From Octopus vulgaris (Eukaryota), in the NCBI GenBank assembly GCA_951406725.2, contig OX597821.1:89404001-89468000 (forward strand): DNA of 64,000 bases, given 5' to 3'. The translations under genes and the position numbers were made by a program. Below the pieces are notes generated by a model. It ran no database searches, was not told the origin of the DNA, and saw nothing but the letters and a program-made list of their open reading frames with translations. Shown here one piece after another: positions 25,402 through 37,060 of this stretch; positions within the stretch are counted from its first letter, which is position 1, and each line of letters begins with the position of its first letter.

Positions 25402-26015
25402 AACTGTTGCTGTTGCCAACGCCACCACCACCACCATCACCAGTGCCACTGCTGCTGCCGCCACACCACTGCCAGCAGCACCACTACCACTACTACTACT
25501 ACTAGCATCAACACCAGTAACACACAAGTTCAAAATCAATTTCTGCAACTAAGTAAATGTTACAAAGAGTTCGAAATAACAAAAAAAGAAAAAAAAAACA
25601 CAAGGAGAAACTCCGTTATTTGTTTGGATCTCTCTTATTCTTGTAAATGAGATTGTCTATTTTTAATGATGGATACATAGATCTACCTGTACCCTGGGCT
25701 GGTACATGCTAACACCTTTGGTTTGCTGGATGTGTATTTCAATGGAGAATATAATTATAATTATTTCTGAGGATTAATCTGTTTAGGACTAATGTATATT
25801 GATCAACTGGTACAGTGGTGATGGTTGTGGTGGTAGTGGTGATGGTAGTGGTGGTGGTGGTGGTAGAGGTAGTGGTGGTGGTGGTGGTGGCGGTGGCGGC
25901 AGTGGTGGTGATGGTGGTGATGGTGGTGATGGTGATGGTGGTGGTGGTGGTGGTGGTGGTGATGGTGGTGGTGGTAGTGGTGGTAGTGGCAGTGGTGGTG
26001 GTAGTGGTGGTGGTG
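25030..26015. repeat. (ACT)n/(ACC)n and (GGT)n microsatellites
   Basis: Direct inspection. Confidence 0.9.
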
Positions 26016-26279
26016 ATATGTCTACAGTGATTTTAGTATTTATTATTTTATGTAAAGGTTGATATTTACCTGGAGATGACATGTCTGTAACATGTAGATA
26101 GTTAATCCTGCAAGACAACAGCTTAGGCGTGGTAAGTTATATAGATAATTTGAATTGGTTGGCACGTTTCTTTTATAGATTTTTTTGTTTCTGTTTGAAC
26201 AAACCTAAAGACACAATGGTTAAATACTATAATATTATGTGAATTCATTAATTAATACATAGCATTGTTACTTTAGCAA

Positions 26280-26900
26280 CAGGCATGGCTGTGTGGTAAG
26301 AAGCTTGCTTCCCAACCACGTGATTCTGGGTTCAGTCCCTCTGAGTGGCACCTCGGGCAAGTGTTTTCTGCTATAGCCTCGGGCTGACCAATGCTCTGTG
26401 AGTTGATTTGGAAGGTGGAAACTGAAAGAAGCCTGTTGTATATATGTACTTATGTGTATATGTGTGTGCCTGTGTTTGTCCCCCAACCATCACTTGACAA
26501 CCGATGTTGGTGTGTTTACGTCCCCACAACTTAGTGGTTCAGCAAAATGAGCTTGATAGAATAAGTACTAGGTTTACAAAGAATAAACCCTGGGGTTGAT
26601 GTTTTTTGACTAAAGGTGGTGCTCCAGCATGGCTGCAATCAAAGGACTGAAACAAGTAAAATAAAGGAGATAAAAGAAAAAAAGTATAAAAAGGTGGCGA
26701 GCTAACAGAATCGTTAGCTAGCCGGGGGAAATACTAAGTGGTATTTTATCTCTGAGTTCAAATTGCACCTATGTCAACTGTGCCTTTCATCTGTACGTAG
26801 TTGATAAAATAAGTTGCAGTTAAGCACTGAGGTTGATATAAGTGACTTACCAACCCCTCAGAAATTGCTGGCCACCATGTCCCACAATTTAAAACCAACA
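26280..26900 (+). mobile_element. SINE family B followed by an old family A copy (from ~26692)
   Basis: Family matches. Confidence 0.8.
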
Positions 26901-28239
26901 TTTACAACTGAAATATCTCCTGATAAAATATTAACAAAAAAAAAATTAGAGCGTTGACTCTAATGTTGAAAACATGACTAATTATTTCAGCATATTTACT
27001 CCACAGGTTTGCTTTACAACATAAAGTAAAAGTGAAAACTGCTCCCTATAAAACATTTCTAAACTGCATAAAAATCCCGAATTGATTTGATGAGGCAGTT
27101 GGTGTTCATAATATATTGTTAAAAATCTGATTCGTTCAAACGATCTTATTCATGAGAGAAATATTAATCAAGCTCAATTATTGAACAACAAGTTCAGTGC
27201 ATCAAAATAGGAGAATTGACTGCTTTAGTCTATTAATTAGCTTCTAACAAAAATGAAGTAAGTGTTCCTATTTATTGCTGCCATTCAATTTGATTATCGT
27301 AATTTGTTAAATTCAAAATGCATTGGATCTTGGAAGTGTTCCGAATATTGAATCAACCTTAAGTACCAAGTTGCTCATAAAAGTTGACGGTAATATAGTA
27401 CTATGGTAATAAAGCAATTGCAGAATCAGTGAATCAGAATTCATAGCTTTTAAGAATTTATTTTAATGTGTATTGGGTCCCAAAAGTATTTGAGTATTTG
27501 ATCAAATTTAAGCACCCAGTCATTCATAAATTTTGACAGCAGTATAACAGTATAATACTAAAACAGTAATAAAGCATTTAGCGTGATGCCCCTGAAAATT
27601 ATGGGCCCATAGCACATGCTACTCTTTGCTGGGAGATACTGCATACACAGTAACCCACATCGATTATAAAACCATTGTTAGAAAGCAATTTCTACATTCA
27701 TTGCAATTGTCAAAACAACGAGGTTGTCTTTTCATTAGCATTTGATCTGCTACAAATAGTAACTGAATCTCTCTCAGATCATACACTACCGTTTAGAACA
27801 AGACACGTTGAATCAAGATAAGACTGATAGGTAAGGTTAATGAATGCTTTGTTAAACTGAATTCAGCTGCATGCTGTTCCCACCAAATTTAATCAGAGCC
27901 ATTTCTCTGTCTCTGAAAGTTATCGTTGTTGATAACTTGTTTAAACATCCAGGTTACCAATGTGGAAGATTATTGGTTTGGCTACACTTTTTAACATTGG
28001 GTCACCAACATTGTGCTGGCAGAACATTGTGGGTTACCACAGTGGTTATTTTGGTTGATTGGGTTTTGTGACGTTGGAATGATTTTAGGCTGCATGTTGT
28101 CCCATAATATATCCAAATCCAATGTTGTTTGAATAACATTCATCTTTGTGGTTGTTGTAGTCGTCGTCGTCCTCCTCCTCCTCCTCCCTCCTCTCCTCTC
28201 TTCCTCTTCCCCTCCCCCATCATCATTATCATCATTATC

Positions 28240-28590
28240 GTCATCATGATTTAGCATCCATTTTCCATGTTGGCATAGGTAAGACGGTTTGGCTGGAGCT
28301 GGCAAGCTAAAAAGCTGCCCCTGGCTCCAGTCAGTTTTGGCTTTGTTTCTATGGCTGGATGACCGTCTTAATGCAAACCACTCCAGAAAGTATACAGAGT
28401 GTCTTTTACATGTCACTGGCACAGGTGCCTCTTACATGTCACCAGCATGGATGCCCTCTACGTTTTACCAGAATGGGTGTCTTTTATACGTCACCAGCAC
28501 AGGTGCCTCTCATGTGTCAACCGCTCTGGCTACAATTACAATTTTACTTAGCTTGACATTTCTTCTCAAACACAGCAAATCACCAGAAGT
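28240..28590 (-). mobile_element. Old RTE-related 3' UTR with (GAT)n tail
   Basis: TTTTCCATGTTGGCAT...GGCTGGATG motifs. Confidence 0.65.
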
Positions 28591-28638
28591 ATACTACAGC
28601 AGTTACATTTTTTCATACCTGTTTGCTATTTCTGTATA

Positions 28639-29505
28639 CAGTAATCCATTCATCATATTGTGGTTCACCTTTTGTGCTCTCAGTACATCACAGTTCACCT
28701 ATTACACGCTCAGAACATCATGGATTTTTCTGGCTAATATATGTAAATTCATATTGTGGACTCCTCAGTATATCACGGGGTTTCCATGACCAATAGGCAT
28801 TTATAACTTTTTTTAGATTTTAATTATTTTTGTAGTAAAATAAGCATTTTCACACCTAGAAATTAATAAATTAATAAATAGAGTACAGAACTGCACTGTT
28901 GGTGAGACCCGCTTTGGTCATGACTGACCGTGGGATTGAACCTAGAAAGTTACCCTCCTGGGCACAAGTTGGGCAAGGATGTTTATGGAAGACCAGCAGT
29001 CACCCATGCATACTAGCCTCCCCTCTCCATGACACCTGCGTTATCCAAGGGAAAAGCAAAGGCTGATACAGCTTGGAACCTGTGATGTTGCAACTCATTT
29101 CAACAGCTGAGTGAACTGGAGCAACATGAAATAAAGTGTCTTGCTCAAGAACACAACATGCAGCCCAGTCCGGGATTCGAACTCACAACCTCCCGATCAT
29201 AAGCTCGACGCTCTAACCACTGAGCCATGCACCTTCACTGTATAACAATTAATGTGTTATAAAGTACTGCACTGTATAACACATTAATTAAAATATATTA
29301 AAAGGAAATACATAGTGTAAACAAAGAATCACACTTATTATATGGAAAACGAAACTCAGGAGGCGAGGTTATGATGTTGTTTTGCATTTATTATAAAATA
29401 AGTACATACAAAATATGAAAAGGATAACAGTATATGCAGTACAGTACTGTTTCTACATTGCAGACTTTCACCTACCACAGGAGGTTTTGGAATGTAACAC
29501 CCGTG

Positions 29506-29541
<36 letters not shown>

Positions 29542-29794
29542 GTTTAACGTCCACTTTCCATGCTGGCATGGGTTGGACGGTTCAACTGGGGTCTGGGAAG
29601 CCAGGAGGCTTTACCAGGCTCCAGTCCGATCTGGCAGTGTTTCTACAGCTGGATGCCCTTCCTAACGCCAGCCACTCCGTGATTGTAGTGGGTGCTTTTT
29701 ACGTGCCACCGGCACAGGTGCCAGGGGAGGCTGGCAACGGCCACAATCGGTTGGTGCTTTGTACATGCCACCGGCAATAGGTGAGGGATTACTG
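28639..29794. mobile_element. Tigger/pogo-like non-autonomous DNA transposon, interrupted twice
   Basis: TA-CAGTAATCC...GGATTACTG-TA ends. Contains a SINE E (28888-29238) and an RTE 3' end (29507-29776). Confidence 0.7.
28888..29238 (-). mobile_element. SINE family E
   Basis: Minus strand TGGCTCAGTGGTTAGAGCG...GAGTTCGAATCCC head and GTGTTCTTGAGCAAGACACTT core. Confidence 0.88.
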
Positions 29795-30184
29795 TAGTGG
29801 TATGCTAGAAGCAAATATAGCAAATAGTTACATTAATAAGAGCAAAGATGATCTTCATTTGAGATGTGAGGTTAATGCAATGTACATCATAGTTTAAGAT
29901 TCCTATAACCCAAAGCAGAACTGCAACCAATAAAATATGCCTGTTGAAAGGTCTTGCCATCTGTGTATCTTACTCATGCCGCCAATTTGTTTTTGACTGG
30001 TTGGCTACTTATTTGTTTGGTGAGAGGTGAGGATATTGCGTCCATGGTACATGCTTCGAGAAGGGCATTGGAGATGAAGTAATTCTTTTAAACACAGGTT
30101 ATTCAGGAACCAAGATTCCTGTGTTCACCTCTCTTTTCTGGGATTTTGTCTAACCTCTGCTGCATGCAGAGAATATTAATTTGT

Positions 30185-30517
30185 ACATCCAACCTAAATT
30201 GGATGTGTTAATTAATATTCATGTCAAAATCTGCTTCTATCAGTAATAGCTAATTTATTCACAGCTCGATGGCTCAATACCATATTGATTTCAGTTAATT
30301 TTGATCTGGCATTTGGTGTTCAGCTAGCTACTGCTGATGATCTTCATTTTACGGTGAAATAACATGATGCAGTAGTGCTATCCATTGATGCAGACAACAA
30401 TTTCATCAGCTGATATAGTCTGTGATTTTTAACAATTGTCATCTAAATAAGATGATTCACAGGGTGTTCATAACAGTCAGAATTGTCATCAACAGCACAT
30501 CCAATTTAGCTTGGATG

Positions 30518-30518
<1 letters not shown>
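30185..30518. mobile_element. MITE-like element with self-palindromic 23-bp TIRs
   Basis: ACATCCAACCTAAATTGGATGTG and CACATCCAATTTAGCTTGGATGT (22/23 inverted match). No clear TSD. Confidence 0.6.
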
Positions 30519-30558
<40 letters not shown>

Positions 30559-30559
30559 C

Positions 30560-31320
30560 TAATTAAGGGTAGAAATTGATATTTATCAATTAAGACCAGT
30601 GGTCTAGCATATTAAAAAAGAATCCGAAGATTAAAATATTTATATATACCAATTAAGGACTGAACACGAAAAGTGGACAGTCAACATGCTAGATATAGAT
30701 GTCAAATCGCCATTCTCCACAAAAGATTATGTTCTCAGATCAAACTCAGAACAAAACCAAAGCAATAAACAAGTGAAAATATACGAAATAAAATAATTAC
30801 TCATGTACTGATCAGTTTTGGCTATTATTATCCGCAAGGATAACTGCAGCCTTCATCAGCATGGTCCGTTATAAATGCAATCTGCTGGACTAGATGCAAA
30901 AACGATACCGAAGTATCGTGTGCATGGAGTTCAGCCTATTACATTCGAATATATCTTTCAAATGCCTTTACTTTGGCGCGTTGAGACCCGAGAAAACCAG
31001 CCTGCAGCTAATAATTAGCAACAGTCAATTTATCGGTTAGAGAACATATTTATTTATATAAAATTAATTAAGGGTAGAAATTGATATTTATCAATTAAGA
31101 CCAGTGGTCTAGCATATTAAAAAAGAATCCGAAGATTAAAATATTTATATATACATGGGTCAGTACATGGGTAATTATTTCATTTCGTATATTTTCACTT
31201 GTTTATTGCTTTGGTTTTGTGCTGAGTTTGATCTGAGAACATACTCTTTTGTGGAGAATGGCGATTTGACGTCTATATCTAGCATGTTGACTGTCCACTT
31301 TTCGTGTTCAGTCCTTAATT

Positions 31321-31330
<10 letters not shown>
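30560..31330 (-). mobile_element. Penelope-like pseudo-LTR structure (direct plus inverted repeats) between (TA)n tracts
   Basis: 30560-30649 is identical to 31065-31154 (direct). 30641-30811 is inverted at 31160-31330. Carries a hammerhead motif. Confidence 0.75.
30800..30866 (-). ncRNA. Type I hammerhead-ribozyme-like motif (G12 replaced by A)
   Basis: CCAUG-CUGAUGA-A-GGCU...UUAUCC-UUGC-GGAUAA...AGCC-AAAA-CUGAUCAG-UA-CAUG; palindromic stem III ACUGAUCAGU. Confidence 0.7.
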
Positions 31331-31366
<36 letters not shown>

Positions 31367-31758
31367 CACACATAAGAGACAAGTTAAGATAATGGTCATT
31401 ACATATGATTCCTTTATTATAGCAAATTTGGCTTACAGTTGTTTCCAGTAGTCATTATAGATAAACTTATTCTATTGATCAATTGAGGTAAATCGAAAGA
31501 CCTAAGAAAATTAATGATACCTTTGTCAGAGCCATTGCTGGAAATAACAAACAGAGCACTTGAAGAATGGCTATTGTATGGGCAAAGTGAAGGAAAGATT
31601 GGGATGTTTAAGTTGAAAGGGTAAAGGCAGGTTACAATAGGGTGGGTAGCAATTGAGAGAGTGGTACTTAGTAGAAATAGCAGTAGTAGTATGAGTAGTA
31701 ATATTATTAGTAGTTGTATTAGTAGGAGCATTGCATTGTCAAAATATTCTTATATATA

Positions 31759-32287
31759 TCTATATCTAGAAAAAGTAGGATATGTGTGTGTGTGTACGTG
31801 AATGCACTTTATGCACATCCACAAATTAGCATGCATGTCACTCCAATTTTAGGAGGACATTAGTCACGACCATGGCTGTGCTTTTGTTGACTTATTTTTA
31901 CTGAGGCAACCCCAGATAGTGACAAAATAGCTTTTCAATCATAACTTTTGCCAAATTTTAAGTCGGTTAAATCCATAAATTTGCTAACATGAGTTAAGTC
32001 CCCTGTCTTATCAATTAGTTCACCCTACTACAATGCCTCCGAAAAAAATTAGATTTGGACTACCTAAGCAATCTCAGCATAGGAAAAGAGAAAGTGCTGA
32101 AGAGACTGACTATCAGTGGACCCATTAGTAAAATATTATAACTTTTGGGGCCAAGACCTGGCAATAAGAGCTTGTGGATATTCTGCTACAAAACATTCAA
32201 TAAAATTGAAGCAGTAACTTTCATAAATCAGAGTATAATTTATGAAGACTCTTTCTGAACCCAGTCAATGACAGGTATTTCTGCTAG
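31759..32287 (+). mobile_element. Non-autonomous Helitron
   Basis: A|TCTATATCT 5' end, subterminal hairpin CCAGTC-AAT-GACAGG, and CTAG|T 3' end. Confidence 0.65.
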
Positions 32288-32315
32288 TATATATATCTAA
32301 TATATATATATATAT

Positions 32316-32347
<32 letters not shown>

Positions 32348-33081
32348 TTGTGTGTGTTTATCTTGCAATAGCATGAGCCCTCAGAAATTTCAAGTTGGTG
32401 TCCGCCATGCTGGTAGATCACTGGGAGTGAGGCACCCCTTAGAATTTGCTAAAGCATATCTCAAGAAGAAGGTCATTTTGGTATAAAACCAGGTATGCAT
32501 GGATTGGCAGTCAGTGAACATTCTAGGGAACCTTGCTTACATTTGAAATTGAGGCACTTCTACATTTCTGCGACAGCAACCATGATTGGCACTGGATATC
32601 TTCCCTTGACATTATTCAGTAGGGTTGAGAGGGTCTGTGAAGTGCTGTGTAAGCCTTAATAGACCTAAAATTTTATAGTGTGCTACTACTGGTAAGGTGA
32701 CTTACCTAGTTGAATTGGAGGATGCCGCAGGGAACTTGGAAGCCATGAACATTAACCAAGCTGTGAAAATGAACCCTATATAGAATGTAGGGATTGCAGC
32801 AGCTATTTGCTATTGATGCCACAAAAAATGAACAATGTCATTGTTAAAGGTATGAAATTATAGTGATTTTTCTGACCATTTCCTTTTCAACTTCCTTTTT
32901 TCTCTTGAACAATGACTTGTACAGTCATGCTTCTCTTGGCCTCTTGCATTCAGGGACTAAGTTCAGACTACTGTTAGGTCAAATCACATCCCCTGATTAT
33001 CCAACCAATTTATTTGTAAAAATATCACCCCATACATTATTTACATTTGATGGATATTTATCCTCATCTTGTTTGTTGTTA

Positions 33082-33124
33082 ACATAACGTTTTAGCTGAT
33101 GTACCATCCAGCCTTCATCAAGTC
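33082..33124 (-). ncRNA. Degenerate hammerhead-like motif
   Basis: UUGAUGA-A-GGCUG-GAUGGUACAU-CAGCU-AAAA-CG-UU; palindromic AACGUU. Confidence 0.5.
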
Positions 33125-33200
33125 TTGGGGAAATTTTGAACCTGGGTTCTCATTCCTAAGGTATTTTTTGATGTTGTTGTTATTATTATTATTATAATTA

Positions 33201-33934
33201 CTTTTTTTTTCTTCTTTCAAATTTGCTTCCATTTCTTGCCGAGTGTCTTCCCAACTCCTAGGGCAAAGAAACTCATAGCATACATTGGTAGGCCATTAAA
33301 CCAAACTCAGTAGTTCGTTCATTTAAAAAATTTTTTTTTAAAGTTAAATTAAAATACATGAGCAGCAACAGTTCTCACATCGACAATGCTCTTCTCAATA
33401 CGTGTGATGTACCAGTTAAGACAATCTTTTGCACTTCTTGCAGGGATGGTAAGCCAGGGATCATTCTCATATAATTTTCGGTTCCCTTCTTGATCATTCC
33501 TAGTGCTCCTACGATCACTGGTATTGTAACCGCCTTGAGATGCCACATTTTTTCAATTTCAATGAGTAGGTCTTTATATTTTCTGAGCTTGTCAAACTCT
33601 TTCGCTGAGATATTATGATCACAGGGGATGCTCATGTCGATCAATAAGCAAACTTTATTGTTTTGGTCTTTCACAACAATATCTGGTTTATTGGCCTTGA
33701 TGGTTCGGTCTGTATGTACTGGAAAGTCCCACAGAATGGTTACATTTTCTCCTTCAGTTACAGCCTCAGGGTGGTGATTATACCACTTGTCGGCAGTTTT
33801 GATATTGTAATGCTGACTTATTAGCCAGTGGAGATATTGGCCAACTCTGTCATGTCTTAATTTATACTCCACTGGTGCTAAGACTTTACATCCAGAGATT
33901 AGGTGGTCCACTGTTTCAATCATGTCGTTGCAGA

Positions 33935-33935
<1 letters not shown>
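33201..33935 (-). mobile_element. 5'-truncated R4/Dong-type non-LTR retrotransposon (zinc-knuckle end plus restriction-like endonuclease), inserted in (TAA)n
   Basis: ORF 33375-33923 reads C....ETVDHLISGC, RHD, KPDIVVKD...IDMSIP, K..KY with an uninterrupted frame. A-rich tail; (TTA)n on both sides. Confidence 0.88.
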
Positions 33936-33993
<58 letters not shown>

Positions 33994-34508
33994 TGTCACT
34001 GAGGTTAGTAGCCCATGCTCTTAACCACTACACAACAAACAAGATGAGGACAAATATCCATCAAATGTAAATAATGTAAATAATGTACATAATTCCTCAT
34101 CTCTTAAATACAGAACTGTAATATCATCCCATATTCTACATTATTCCATGAGGTTCCCATGCTGAACTGGTTATTCGAGAGTGTATCAGAATAATCATAG
34201 AGGTTTGAGAAGATTTCAGAAAATACAGAATACCACAGGAATCTCGGTCCCTGTTCGACCTGTGTTAAAAAGAATTACTACTTTGTCATTACTGCTCTTC
34301 TCCAATCACGTACCATGAACACAATATCTTCACTTCTTGCCAGACAAATAAGTAGCCAGCCAATTCTTAGTCACCGACAAAAGAGATTGGTGCACTTCAG
34401 AATTACAGGCAACAAACCCTTAATATTGACAAGTTTCCTTGGTCGAAGCTCGGCCCCAAGTTGAAGGATTCTTTGTCTATGGTGAACAGAGTGTTATTCA
34501 TGCTTCAC

Positions 34509-34890
34509 GTGGAGGCGCAATGACCCAGTGGTTAAGGCAGCGGACTCGCGGTCGTAGGATCGCGGTTTCGATTCCCAGACCGGGCATTGTGAGTGTTTAT
34601 TGAGCGAAAACACCTAAAGCTTCACAAGGCTCCTGCGGGGGGGGGTGGGTGAACCCTGCTGTACTCTTTCACCACAACTTTCTCTCGCTCTTTCTTCCTG
34701 TTTCTGTTGTACCTGTATTTCAAAGGGGCCAGCCTTGTCACACTCTGTGTCACGCTGAATCTCCTCGAGAACTACGTTAAGGGTACACGTGTCTGTGGAG
34801 AGCTCAGCCACTTGCAAGTTAATTCCACGAGCAAGCTGTTCCGTTAATCGTATCAGCTGGGACCCTCATCGTCGTAACCGACGAAGTGCT
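34509..34890 (+). mobile_element. SINE family C with an alternative 3' module
   Basis: tRNA-like head; TSD-like ATTC(A/C)TGCTTCAC on both sides. Confidence 0.88.
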
Positions 34891-35326
34891 CCTATATGTA
34901 TAATTCCTGCTTCACACACAAAGATAATTTCTTCTATTAGTAAGTTATTTAAGTACAAATTACATTCAATTTAGCACATCTTTATGCACTACTATCAAGC
35001 AACAATGTAAAAATGTAAATAGTTTAGAATATTTCTATAACAATAAATGTTAATTAAACAATGATGATTTTGGTTTATTAATAGGACAGAACACAGTCAT
35101 CATCATTCCAACACATCAAGTCCTATCTAAGCAATATGCCACATTACTTTAAAAAAAAAATAGACATTTTTCTAATGAAATTGTCTAAAAAGCCTTTCAG
35201 GTGTGTAGAATATGATTAAATCTGAATCTAGTGTGAAAATAAATAATCAATTAAAAAAAAAGATGTGTATCCATCACATAATTTTTCCATTATTCTTGAA
35301 TTTTATTTTGTAGATATATATATATT

Positions 35327-35742
35327 TGGCTGTGTGCTAAGTAGCTTTCTTACCAACCACATGGTTCTGGGTTCAGTTCCACTGTGTGGCACCTTGGGTA
35401 ATTGTCTCCTACTATAGCCTTGGGCTGACCAAAGCCTTCTGAGTGGATTTGGTAGATGGAAACTGAAAGAAGCCCAGCGTATATATGCATATATATATAT
35501 ATGTGTCTCTGTGTGTGTGTGCGTGTGTGTATGTTTGTGTGTCTGTGTTTGTCCTCCTAACATTACTTGACAACCAATGCTGGTGTGTTTACTTCCCCGT
35601 AACTTAGCAGTTCAGCAAAAGAGACTGATAAAATAAGTACTGGGCTTACAAAAGAATAAGTCCTGAGGTCGATTTGCTCGACTAAATGTCGTGCTCCAGC
35701 ATGGCCACAGTCAAATGGCTAAAACAAGTAAAAGAGTAAAAG
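35327..35742 (+). mobile_element. SINE family B
   Basis: Family match. Confidence 0.88.
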
Positions 35743-36321
35743 CGATATGTGATGTGTCATTATGTATGTCTGCACACCCACCATTTTCTTTTCTATTTTC
35801 CCACATTAAATTCCAATATAATTGTATTTTACATGATCTGAAAAGAGCTTGTAGAAAATTTCATTAAAAAATATCCATTTTCTGAAAATTATAAAGAAAC
35901 AAAGTTGGTGGTCTGGGGCACACATGTATAGGTGTGCCTTTATCACTAATAACAATGCAACCATTTTGTTACAAACTGCAATATTATCACTGACAGTGAA
36001 GCTATCACCACTACTACTAGTTACTATGCCACTCATCTAACACAGCTGCTACTACCATCTTTACCCCAATAAGGTCACCACTAGCAAAGAGGGCTACCCA
36101 AAACGGGGTAACAATCCTGGTGTAGATTATCAATCAGAGCACTATACTACCACCTTTATTCATCACTACCTACATTCCGATAGCCACCAATTCCTTAATC
36201 AGCCCCATGCCATCGACACCCCTAACATAAACCTTCACCCCTCCACGACTACTATTACTATTACCATCGCAACCATAACTCTCTGTAACAACATAGCTCT
36301 CATGATTCCACCATTATCACC

Positions 36322-36353
<32 letters not shown>

Positions 36354-36460
36354 CAATACTATCATTGTTAATGCCACTAACATCATCACAATCACCATCA
36401 CTTTCAACACTAACAACATCTTCGCCATCACCTCCATCATTACCATAAACATCAATACCT

Positions 36461-36682
36461 GTTTCTTTATTACCCACAAGGGGCTAAACACAGAGGGGAC
36501 AAACAAGGACAGACATAGGTATTAAGTCGATTACATCGACCCCAGTGCCTAACTGGTACTTAATTTATCGACCCCGAAAGGATGAAAGGTAAAGTCGACC
36601 TCGGCGGAATTTGAACTCACAACGTAACGCAGACGAAATACAGCTACGCATTTCGCCCGGCGTGCTAACGGTTCTGCCAGCT
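36461..36682 (-). mobile_element. SINE family A inserted in a minisatellite
   Basis: Family match. Confidence 0.88.
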
Positions 36683-37060
36683 TACCAACATCTCCAACAT
36701 CACCACCACTACCACCATCACTCAACACCAGTAACATCTCCACCATCACCTCCATCATTACTATCAGCATCAATACCAACGTCTCCAACATTACCACAAC
36801 CACTACCACCATCACACAACACCAGTAACATCTCCACCATCACCTCCATCATTACTATCAGCATCAATACCAATGGCTCCAACATCACCACCACCACTGC
36901 CACCATCACACAACACCAGTAACATCTTCACCATCACCTCCATCATTACTATCAGCATCAATACCAATGGCTCCAACATCACCACCACCACTGCCACCAT
37001 CACTCAACACCAGTAACATCTCCACCATCACCACCACCACCACCATAACCACCACCAGCA
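36683..37060. repeat. 94-bp ACC-rich minisatellite (~3.5 units; a further unit lies before the SINE)
   Basis: AACACCAGTAACATC recurs at 36724, 36818, 36912 and 37006. Confidence 0.88.

Noticed and set aside
27320-27650. hAT dimerisation-domain remnant (EVF-PNIESTL) and GGGCCC-rich end
   Set aside because: Too short, and needs a frameshift to read
32950-33025. Tc1-like WP..SPDL motif on the minus strand
   Set aside because: Several mismatches and stops, no TIRs found
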